From NCBI RefSeq assembly GCF_006345805.1, contig NC_043003.1:65596001-65660000 (forward strand): a DNA stretch of 64,000 bases. Reading direction: 5' to 3'. The DNA is from Octopus sinensis (lineage: Eukaryota). Numbering within the stretch: position 1 is the first letter of the stretch; each line of letters opens with the position of its first letter. Positions 52,350 through 64,000 of the stretch are shown here, piece after piece. Position numbers and translations under genes: made by a program. Below the pieces are notes generated by a model that was not told the DNA's origin, did not search any database, and was given only the letters and a program-made list of their open reading frames with translations.

Positions 52350-53525
52350 CGAAGAAGCTTGCTTCCCAACCACATGGTTCAGGGTGCAGTCCCACAGCTT
52401 TGAGTTGATGGAAACTGAAAGAATATACATATGTAGTGTGTGTGTGTGTGTGTGTGGTGTGTGTGTGTGTGTGCCCTACCACCGATTGACTAGCTGTGCT
52501 GGTGTTTACGTCCATGTAACTTAGAGGTTCGGCAAAAGGGTCAGATAAAGTTCGCACCAGGCGCGAAAAAAAAAGAATAAATATCGGGGTCGATACATTC
52601 GACTACAATTTCAAAGCGGTGCCCCAGCATGGCCAGCATTCATAATGAGTGAAACAAAAGATAAAAGTCATTTTTTAATACTGGTTTGGAATTGGTACGA
52701 GGCAAGCAGTTTCCGGTGAGGGGTTTAATCGATTAAACCCCTCACCTCACTGTTCAACGGATACTTATGCTATCGACCACGAAACGATGAAAATCAAATT
52801 CGACCTCCGCGGAAATTGAACTCAGAACATAAAGAAAGACGAAACACCGCGTGCTAACGTTTCTGCCAGCTCGCCGCCTTAAAGTTGTTTTTTAATATTC
52901 TTTTCTATTCAAGGCCTAAAATTTGGAGGGAGGGGCCCAGTCGATTAGATCGACCCAGTACGCAACAGGTATTTAATTTATCAACCCCGAAAGGATGAAA
53001 GACAAAGTTGACCCCAGAGTATAATGGCAGACGGAATGCCTATTTCTTTACTACCCACAAGGGGCTAAACACATAGAGGACAAACAAGTACAGACAAACG
53101 GATTAAATCGATTATATTGACTCCAGTGCATAACTGGTACTTATTTAATCGACCCCGAAAGGATGAAAGGTAAAATCGACCTCGGCGGAATTTGAACTCA
53201 GAACGTTGCGACGGGTGAAATAACTCTAAGCACTTCGTCCGTTGCGCTACTGTTTCTGCCAGTCGACCTGGGCGGAAATTGAATTCAGAACTTAAAGACG
53301 TAAAAACCGTCGCTAAGCTTTTTACCCGGCGTGCTAACGATTATTTTCTACTATAGGCAGATGGCCTGAATTTTGGGGGGTGGAGGCCTGTCGATTCGAT
53401 CGGCTCCAGTACGCAAAGTACTGTCGACCTCGGCAGAATTTGAACTCAGAACATAGCGACGGGCGAAATAGCGCTAAGTACTTCTTCCGGTGCGCTACTG
53501 TTTCTACTAGCTAGTCGCCTTGAAG
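52350..53525. mobile_element. SINE cluster: E fragments (52350-52640) and a multimeric family-A array on the minus strand (52680-53525)
   Basis: At least five GACCT..GGCGGAA.TTGAACTCAGAAC blocks. Confidence 0.85.
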
Positions 53526-53874
53526 TTGCCTTTTAATATTGTGCGAGGATCACGGTTGTTTTGCAGGAATATTAGATATTAATGATTTGCAGGAATTAGT
53601 TTCAGGAATTTTCACGTAAAATAATAACAGCTCAGATAAGACCCGAATGACCATCATACTGCAGATATTTAAGTTGATTAATTTAATGGTGTTCATTACT
53701 GCGCAGGTATTTCATTGAAACTGGAAGGATAAAAGGCAAATTTAATGTGTATGCGTTGTGTGTGTGTGTTTCTCAGGTGGTCAGGTGGAGATTATCTGAG
53801 ACTATAAAGCGCCGTAATTAGCGAACAACAATCAATTACATTGTAATTCCAACTCCTTTGTTCAAGCAAAACCT

Positions 53875-54240
53875 GGCATGGCTGTGTGGTAAGAAGTTTG
53901 CTTCCTAACCACATGGTTCTGGGTTCAGTCTCACTGCGTGGCACCTTGGGCAAGTGTCTTCTACTGCAGCTTCGGGCCTCTCAAAGCCTTGTGAGTGAAT
54001 GTGGGGGACAGAAACTGAAAGAAAACTATCATATATATGTATATGTATAAATCTTTATGTGCGTGTCTTTGTACCAAAAGTTTTCACTCACCACCGCTTG
54101 ACAACCAGTATTGGTGTATTTTCTTCGCCGTACATTAGCGGTTCAGCCAAAGAGAGCGATAGAATAAGTACTTGGGTTGTTCGACTAAAGCTCGTGAATA
54201 CGGCATCCCAGCATGGTTGCAGTCATATGACTGTAACAAG
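53875..54240 (+). mobile_element. Near full-length SINE family E
   Basis: GGCATGGCTGTGTGGTAAGAAGTTTGCTTCCTAACCACATGGTTCTGGGTTCAGTC.. through CAGCATGGTTGCAGTC. Confidence 0.9.
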
Positions 54241-54902
54241 AAAAAATAATAATAACTTCTTTATTCTTCTCCATCTCTCTGGCTCCACCTCCAAACACCT
54301 TCATACTCATCTATGTATGTATTCGTGACGAAATAACCGTGTTTGAAATAACAAATAACAAAGTATCTTAGTCTTAGGTACTCAGTCCCCTGTGAACATA
54401 CACCTTCCCCTGTTTGTATGGCTATTGTTCCTTACATCGACTGCATTCTCTAAACTCTGTTGTAAAAAGTAGTAATACTTGTGTCTTTACGGTTCTAAAA
54501 AGTTCACATCCTAGACCTCACATAGTGTGTAGGGCTTAAGAAAACTTGTCTGAACGTGAGTACTAAATAATTATTACGTGACCATTTTTTGTCACTTCCC
54601 TCTTAATAACTGCTGTAATTGTTATGTTGTATTGAAACCTTTCAAACAGAAGTAATACTACATCTGTTTCGTTTGGATATTTGTTATATAGGTTGGATTT
54701 CACAAACGCCTAGTTTGTGTGAATCTTCAGTTTTTAGGGTCGCTGCTTTTTCTGACCTGTGAATTGACATTTCAAAAAATACACACGTAAGTTTTTGAAT
54801 AATCTCCCCTTCGTCTTGAATGTTATCAACAATAGTCACTAATTATTACTTCCTGCCTCAATCGATGTGAGATATTAAGCTATTATTTCCCTTATCCATA
54901 TT

Positions 54903-55090
54903 AACTAGCGGGACCTGTGACTATTTCACGGAATGAATGGCAAACCTATTAGGCTATTTCTGAAAACTTTGTACAAAAATCCCTAAAGCGTAGCCTGTGT
55001 TGTGTCTGTATGGAAAGATAGTCGCTCATCTGCAACTCATTGAAAAGTGAAAGAAACAGGAATACGATAATTACTTAATGCACTTTATAT
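54903..55090 (+). mobile_element. Possible non-autonomous Helitron/Helentron-like element
   Basis: Begins TAACTAGCGGGACC..TTTCACGG, reminiscent of DINE-1/HINE-type 5' ends. Recalled similarity only. Confidence 0.3.
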
Positions 55091-55594
55091 ATACACTTTA
55101 TATACTTTATGCACAATTTTATAAACTTAATACACAACACACATAAAATAAATATTCTCTCTTTATTTTTCCATTTTTTCCTATATATAAAAAAACCCCT
55201 ATATCCCGTATATATATTATGCAGCCTTTTGTAGAATTGCATATATCTGCCACATAAATAAGCGTGAATATTTCACGGAATTGCATTATGCCCATGCGTC
55301 AAGTGACAGGTGATATAAAATAAAATTTCCGTGAAATTAAAAATATTACCTATTTCTTTATTACCCACAAAGGGCTAAACACAGAGGGGACAAACAAGGA
55401 CAGACATAGGTATTAAGTCGATTACATAGACCCCAGTGCGTAACTGGTACTTAATTTATCGACCCCGAAAGGATGAGAGGCAAAGTCGACCACCACTCTT
55501 CCCCTCTCTGATACATACCACGGACTGCTCGAAGTTTACAAACCTCCTACCCTTAGATACTTGGGTTTATAATTACATATCGATATATATATAT

Positions 55595-55634
<40 letters not shown>

Positions 55635-55659
55635 TGTAAGTCAATATTTATTATATATA

Positions 55660-56030
55660 CAGGGTGATTCAAAAGTCTCCAAATATAGGAAAAATTTATA
55701 TTTTTATAAGAAATAGTTTATAGTATCCTCTAGATTCCCTGATCTGACCCCTCTTGATCTCTATCATTGGGGACATTTGAAAGGCATGGTGTATCGCGGA
55801 AAGATAAAAGACATAAATCGTTTGAAGGAACGCATCACCAACTCATTTGCACATGTATCACCAGATGTGCTATTATAAGTTTACAATGAGTGGGGTAAAC
55901 GTATTGCAATGCGTATTCAAAACAATGGTAACCATATAGAGCCTTTTAAATAAAAAAGAAAACTGTACATATAAACTGTTTCTTATAAAACGATAAATTT
56001 CTCCTATTTATGGCGACTTTTGAATCACCT

Positions 56031-56032
<2 letters not shown>
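55660..56032 (+). mobile_element. Tc3-like deletion derivative
   Basis: TIRs CAGGGTGATTCAAAAGTCTCCA / TGGCGACTTTTGAATCACCTTG. Internal SPDLTPLDLYHWGHLKGMVYR..LKERIT..NNGNHIE. Confidence 0.9.
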
Positions 56033-56075
<43 letters not shown>

Positions 56076-56134
56076 CCCAAGTCAATGGGTAGGCAAAGAC
56101 AAAAGGCAAATAAACGAGGGGAAATTTGGAACAA

Positions 56135-56960
56135 AGACTATGCTAAAACAACCATACTCTCTTCCTACAAGGGAACCTCTCATCTAATAATATCATCTAA
56201 TATTACCAGAGACCTAGGAGTAATTTTTGATGACAATCGCAACTGAAGAGCCCACATCAACAATAAGTTCGATATAGCCCGTAGGATGAACTCCTTGATC
56301 CGAAGATCCTTCCAATCGAGAGAACAAAGTGTCATCATTTCCCTTTTCTCCTCCTTTGTACGGCTACACCTCGAATACTGCTGCCTGTTGTCGTCTCCCC
56401 ATACAAAACAAAACATTTCGAAAATTGAATCAGCCCAGAGGGCATTCAGTAAATGAATTAGGGGCATGGCTGATCTCGATTAGTGGAACCGCCTTGAAGC
56501 ATTGAAACTCTATTCTCTCCAGCACCGCTGCGAGCGATGCATAATTTACACGAAGTGGAGAATATAAATGACCTCAACATTAGTTTCAGAATTCATCCAA
56601 AGCTACGGCCATGGGCAATACGTCTCCTATCCAATTCAGGATCACAACACACAAATACACTGCAACACAAATTTTTCCTCAGCAGGCCCTGCCCGATTTA
56701 ACATTGTCCCGAAACATCAAAGTGGAAATGGATTTCATCACCTTTAAACGGAATCTGGACAAATTTCTTCAAGGGATACCAAATAAGCCACCTATACCTG
56801 GATACAATTCGCTCAACAAGAACTCACTACTCAAATGGACCACGATGCTACAAAACTTGACTTAAAAAGGATTTAGATAATCGTATCAGGTGGTGCTATT
56901 ATGTTAGACATGGCCTGGACCAATCTGTAGTCGAAACATATCTAAGTTATCTAAGATTCC
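56135..56960 (+). mobile_element. CR1-like LINE, 3' ~0.8 kb (RT C-terminus and 3' UTR)
   Basis: RDLGVIFDD..AHIN..RSFQSRE..FVRLHLEYCC..KIESAQRAFSK..RLEALKLYSLQHRCER; short repeated tail ATCTAAGTTATCTAAG. Confidence 0.9.
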
Positions 56961-57589
56961 AAGTTACAAGCACACTCACACACACACACACACACACATA
57001 CATACAGGTGGATAGATAGCTAAATAAATAGATATGAAACATACCTGCAAACAAACCAAGAATTCCGAGGTGAAACTAGAAGAATATTAGCCCACATATA
57101 AAGGTATGATTATTAAACTGTGTTGTGAAACACTTTCGTATACCATTGCAGAACTCTAAGTAAATTTGATAACTTCACAAATATAACCTCAAATTGATTG
57201 TTTCTTATATTGATTATTAGGTTAGATATTGCTCAAAACCACTCTTTGCGTGTGTTTGCTTGTGTATGTATGTAGAAAATGTGTACGCATGTCTCTGTCA
57301 TAAAGTGAGCGTGTCTGTGTGCCTGTGATGGGGTGTGTCTTCATGTGTGTGCTCGTGTCTAATTTACCGTGTCCGTCCACTGTGGTAATCTTGTCTGAAA
57401 CCGCAGTTTGAGCATTAATTTAATAAGAAAATATAATAGCATAAACGATCGAAAGTCCAAGGTTGCGTTGTATAAGTTCAGCAGCGATTAAAGTTGGGAA
57501 GAAGTTCTGCATCAAACGACAGCAATCTCATGCTTGGGATAATCAACTAACCATGGTGCTGAAAATGTCTACATTGATCACACACACAA

Positions 57590-58850
<1,261 letters not shown>

Positions 58851-59477
58851 ATGTGGGAACATGAAGTCACAAAACATAAACAATCTCAAGAATTGAGAAT
58901 TCTCCAAAGTTTTTATGCCATGAAGGAAAATTACATGTCTATTGTCTGAAGATAAGAAGACAGACGTGACAAGTGTTTCCGTCTCGATAACCGTCATCAG
59001 CTTGAAATTTCCAGTAGCCAAAGGAATTTGATTTACGCAAAAAAGCAGAATACTTTTATGTCCTTAATAATTTGCATGAATTAAACAAACGAGACAGAGA
59101 AAAATATCTCGTGCCCTGTATTTGAACATCATACGCGAATACAGGTATATTAAATAACATACATTCTTGATTTATGGAAATTTTCTTCGCCTCTACAGGA
59201 TGTATAATTTGTGTGTGCGATCTAATTGAAATAGAATTTGAGGATTGATCTAATATCCAGTACAGAAAGCTATTCCAATAAATAAGAGCGAATATTTCAT
59301 CCAATCAAATTCACGCAGAACTTCTTAAAGTGTCGGAAAGTGTGTGTATGTGTGTGTGTCTGTGTGTGTCTGTGTGTGTTTGTGTGCTTGTGTATATGTG
59401 TGTATATATGAGAATGTTTGTATTGATAAGCATATACGTTCAGAGGCAAACACAAATGAAGGGATTGTACATAGCCG

Positions 59478-59880
59478 CAGAAGTGGCTGTATGGTAAAAA
59501 GCTTGCTTCCCAACCGCATGGTTCCAAGTTCAGTCCTACTGCGTAGCACCTTGGGCCAGTTTCTTCTACTATAGCCTCGGGCCGATCAATGCCTTCTGAG
59601 TGATTTGGTAGATGGAAACTGAAAGAAGCTCGTCGTATATATATATATATATACGTGTGTGTGTGTGTTTGTTATTTGTGTTTGTGTTTGTCACCCACCA
59701 TCGCTTGACAAATATGTTTACGTCCCCGTAACTTAGCAGTTCAGTAATGTTGTCCGATAGAATAAGTACTAGGCTTACAAAGGATACGTCCTGGGGTCGA
59801 TTTGTTCGACTAAAGGTAAAGAGGTGTTCCAGCATGGCCGCAGTCAAATGACGGAAACAAGTAAAAGAATAAAAGGATAA
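59478..59880 (+). mobile_element. Near full-length SINE family E
   Basis: GTGGCTGTATGGTAAAAAGCTTGCTTCCCAACCGCATGGTTCC.. to CAGCATGGCCGCAGTCAAATGACGGAAACAAGTAAAAG. Confidence 0.9.
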
Positions 59881-59965
59881 AAGGTGCAAGCAAATTCTCA
59901 CGCATACATATGTATGCCCATATATATATATGTACACATGCGTGCACATATATACATACACAAAA

Positions 59966-60005
<40 letters not shown>

Positions 60006-60181
60006 TATAATATAATATACATGCGCGCGCACACACACGCATATATATATATATATATATGTATATATATGTTAACCCTTCCGAAGAAATAGTAGTCTTA
60101 TATTTCCCCTCCACACGAACGTTTTCCTTACCAATCCTCTCTCTCTTTCTTTCTTTCTTCATACATTTATGCATATATGTA

Positions 60182-60255
<74 letters not shown>

Positions 60256-60321
60256 ATCTATCTATATATATATATATTATATATATATATATATATACAT
60301 ATGTATGTATATATATATACA

Positions 60322-60876
60322 TAACTGAAACAAGCTCTTCATCTGCGTAAAACGATGTTCTGCGTATGGTGGGACCGGGAAGGGATTATCCTTTACGAAT
60401 TGCTTGAACGGAACGAAACGGTCAACGCGAACTTTATGTTCAACAGATATAATGACTCAACATAGCTATTCAAGAGAAAAGTCCTAATCGGCAGCATGGA
60501 GTTCTTCTGTTGCATGACGACGCCCGCCCTCATGTCGCCAATACGACCAAAGAAGCCATTCAAACGCATGGCTGGGAAGTGCTGCCACACCCGCCCGTAC
60601 TCTCCTGATTGGGCACCAACGGATTTCCACCTCTTTCGATCTCTTTCAAATGCTATGTGCGGAGTTTCGTTCAATACTGATGCAGAATTGAGAGGTTGGT
60701 TGGATCAATTTTCTGAGTCGAAACCGGGTGATTTCTACCAACGAGATATTGAAAATCTTGTTGAACGTTGGGAAGAAGTTGTAAACAAGATTATTGATTA
60801 ATTAGTTGTTATTTTTATTAAACCTTTTAAAAAAATTAAATCTTAAAAAACGGCGGGAACTTAGTTGTCAACCCAA
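60322..60876 (+). mobile_element. mariner (Mos1/Hsmar-type) transposase 3' half with the right TIR
   Basis: KTMFCVWWDREGII.YELL, LLLHDDARPH, YSPDWAPTDFHLFRSL..GIENLV-like ending. TIR AAAAACGGCGGGAACTTAGTTGTCAACCCAA. Confidence 0.92.
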
Positions 60877-61699
60877 CAGAGTTGATATAATAGATATATA
60901 GATATATGAATATATAGATATAGATATATTTTCACTTTGGTGATACATTTAACGTTAAAGAATGAAACATTTGGTTATGTGAATTTACTTACGATAAGCT
61001 GGATTTCCTTTTGGACAACTGCTGTGAAAGTGTCAGACTATAATGAAATAGGTTTAAATACATAGATGGTCATTCGATAAAGACAAACAGCGTCTTCGTA
61101 TTTGTGTATGAGTGTGTGTATGTGTGTATGTGTGAGTGTGTGCCTGTGTTCCTGGATGCATATACCTATGTATTAATATGTGGATATATGTGTGTCTGTG
61201 TGTGTGTATTTGTCGATATATGTCTGTGTGAGAGAGTGTGTCTATGCGTTAATATAGACACACTGTTGTTATTTTTGTTGATTAGGTGTCTCGAAATTGC
61301 ATCCATATTTGTATTGAACGCACACCTTTTCCCTCTCTCCCTCTCCCTCTCTCTCTCCCTCTCCCCCTCTCTCTCTCTCTCTCTCTCGGTCGGTCCTGTT
61401 TCTCTGTCCCTGGTTCTCGCTATTTCTCTCCGTCTAATTTCTCTCACAATCTTCTGTACCGTACGCAGTTGTACCCGAACATCTTTGCGCATTTTCCAAC
61501 ACAGTCACGTAAGCATAAACTTGCTAACGACGACGTATTGACAAACAGAACAACACTTCCACACGCACACGTACACACTGACAGCAATCCATAACAAAGA
61601 ACGTTCGTTTAAAGACTCTCAGGCGCCGCACGAACATGGGTGCAAACTCACACAAACACATGAACACATTCGTTACAACAAATGATGTCATGGAGTGTG

Positions 61700-62053
61700 A
61701 ATACATATACCTATCTATACATACACACACACACGTACATACGTACATACCTACATACATACATCTGTATATACATACATATATATATATATATACACAT
61801 ATATATGCACATATATACATATATAAACATAGGTATATATACACATATATTTATATATATATGCATATATATACATATATATATATATGAATATATATAC
61901 ATATAAATGTATATATATATATTATATACTACATATGTATATGTATATATATATACATATATATATATGTATAAATATACATATATATATATATGTATAT
62001 ATATATATACATATGTCAATACATATATATGTATACATATATATATATATATT

Positions 62054-62095
<42 letters not shown>

Positions 62096-62250
62096 TATGT
62101 ATACATATACATATATACACATATATTTATACACATATATACTTGTATATATGTATACACGAATGTATACATATATGTAAATATGCATACAAATATACAG
62201 ATATACATACACACACACATACACACAAACACACACACACACATAGGTAA
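61700..62250. repeat. Degenerate (TA)n/(TACA)n low-complexity block
   Basis: Directly visible. Confidence 0.95.
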
Positions 62251-62519
62251 AAGGTACAAAGACAGTGAGAGAGACAGTAAGAGTTAGACAGAAAAAGACA
62301 CAGAAATGGTGTGGGGGAATTCGGTGAAGGTAAAATTGACGTGTCTTGAGTAGTTTCTGTGATTGAATATATTTCGAAAGATCGTATAAGTGAATTCTTT
62401 TCTACTGAAGCCGCTGACAACAACGTTGGTCCAACGTTAGCTAAGAATTACATCTAACTTAACATTTTTACTATTTTAGTGCTCTCTGTCACCGGACTGT
62501 AGCCATGCTGGAGCACTAG

Positions 62520-62890
62520 GAGTGGCTGTGTGGTAATTAGCTTGCCTACTAACCACATGGTTCCGGGTTCAGTCCCACTGCGTGGCACATTGGGTAAATA
62601 TCTTCTACTATAGCTACGGGCCGACCAAAGCCTTGTGAGTGGATTTGGTAGACGGAAATTGAAAGAAGCCCGTCGCATATATGTATATATATATGTATGT
62701 GTGCGTATATGTTTGTGTGCCTGCGTTTGTCCGCCAACATCGCTTGACAACCGATGCTGGTGTTTTTACGTTCCTGTAACTTAGCAGTTCGGCAAAAGAG
62801 ATCGATCAAATAAATCCTGGGGTCGATTTGCTCGACTAAAGGCGGCGCTCCAGCATGACGGCAGTCAAATGATTGAAACAAGTAAAAGAG
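62520..62890 (+). mobile_element. Near full-length SINE family E
   Basis: GAGTGGCTGTGTGGTAATTAGCTTGCCTACTAACCACATGGTTCCGGGTTCAGTCCC.. to CAGTCAAATGATTGAAACAAGTAAAAGAG. Confidence 0.9.
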
Positions 62891-62915
62891 TATTGATATA
62901 TATATATATATATAA

Positions 62916-63255
62916 TTAACAGAATGATTTTAAAATCCAAGGCTGTGAAAGATTTTAGAACATTTATAAAGAGAAGGTCTTACAGCTGTTTCCGGGATAT
63001 TTCAAATATCCCTTTATCGGAGATGGCGCGAGAAAATGGTTAACCAATAGTTATTCTAGGGAAGATATAAAATAGATAGTGAACTGGAGGAATAAGAATG
63101 TACGTGAGATATGTAAGGATATCGCATCTGCAGTTCCATTATTTAAGCAGAATGGTGTACATATAAGTTTCCTGTACCTTGTGTGTAAGTCCCAGTAGTA
63201 TCTAACATCGGTCATTCCAAGCATAGAGTTTGTAAACGGTGTTATTGGATCGAGG
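62916..63255 (-). mobile_element. (TA)n-anchored element with a degenerate minimal HHR
   Basis: The minus strand at 62978-63026 reads TCT-CCGATAA-A-GGGATATT-TGA-AATATCCC-G-GAAA-CAGCTG-TA-AGA. Palindromic stem III and GUA are intact; the core has two substitutions. Confidence 0.6.
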
Positions 63256-63269
63256 GTTTTTTTGAAAAC

Positions 63270-63450
63270 GTATATAGGCTCAGTAAAACATATGGGCTAC
63301 TAGGAGAGGTTAAAGGAACTGGGACTCTACTCCCTGGAGAGGAGACGTGTGAGATATGCAGTGCTATACGCATGGAAAGTAAGGGAGTGTCTAGGTCCAA
63401 ATTTCGGAATAGAATCTGAAACAACCCCCGAATTGGACGGCATTGCAGTG
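63270..63450 (+). mobile_element. CR1-like LINE fragment
   Basis: MGY*ERLKELGLYSLERRRVRYAVLYAWKV..PNFG. Confidence 0.8.
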
Positions 63451-63478
63451 TACTAAAGATTTCCATCGAGGATACGAA

Positions 63479-63524
<46 letters not shown>

Positions 63525-63704
63525 GAAATTTACAGGAAAACAATCGATGAAGACTGGTTTATAAACAACAAACAGGTGTGTTAGTTTAACGCTCGAGATT
63601 GTGAGAAAGCCTTTTACAAAGCTAAAGTATGCAGGGTGAAGCCGCTTCACAAAGATTGACCTTGAAGACTGCCGCTCTAGCTCAATTCTGCGGTTTATAG
63701 AAGT

Positions 63705-63865
<161 letters not shown>

Positions 63866-64000
63866 CAATCTTTCAGTTTTATTCGTTTCAACCATGCGGC
63901 TGTGGTCATGCTGGAGTACCACCATGTATCTACCAATTTTATTTCTTTACTCTATTTATCGCCCCATTCATACATACACATATGTATATATATGCATACA

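Noticed and set aside
59569-62259. Long YI/CV/HT-repeat ORFs (also around 24800-27650 and 32445-32880)
   Set aside because: Translations of (TA)n, (TG)n and (CA)n.
63521-63620. (TA)n-anchored element apparently truncated just before its HHR
   Set aside because: Similarity to the 1962 and 24523 elements is too loose to confirm from this window alone.

Overview
AT-rich eukaryotic non-coding DNA (intergenic or a large intron), with no prokaryotic gene organisation. The tRNA-headed SINE families and extreme (TA)n/(CA)n/(GA)n/triplet microsatellite load suggest a coleoid cephalopod, probably Octopus (inference from recalled repeat families, not a search). I find no supportable host protein-coding gene. 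ORF-track entries are microsatellite read-throughs or transposon fossils. Recognisable content: dozens of tRNA-derived SINE copies (often nested or multimeric); LINE fossils (HERO-like and R4/Dong-like RLE elements, three CR1-like, one RTE); Tc1/mariner/pogo fossils and MITEs; and short elements carrying minimal hammerhead-ribozyme (HHR) motifs of the type known from Penelope-like elements (PLEs). Most notable: (i) a 1.4-kb palindrome (28853-30250, 8-nt loop) whose inner ~390 bp are 99.5% identical while the outer arms are ~5% diverged; (ii) an HHR with an intact core at 42084-42175 (-) in an element flanked by a ~140-bp duplication; (iii) a composite tRNA-head + HHR element (12482-12864); (iv) HHR motifs recurring at the junctions of inverted duplications. 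This suggests that ribozyme-bearing retroelements seed fold-back DNA and dsRNA substrates (inference). All alignments were done by eye, and SINE boundaries are approximate.
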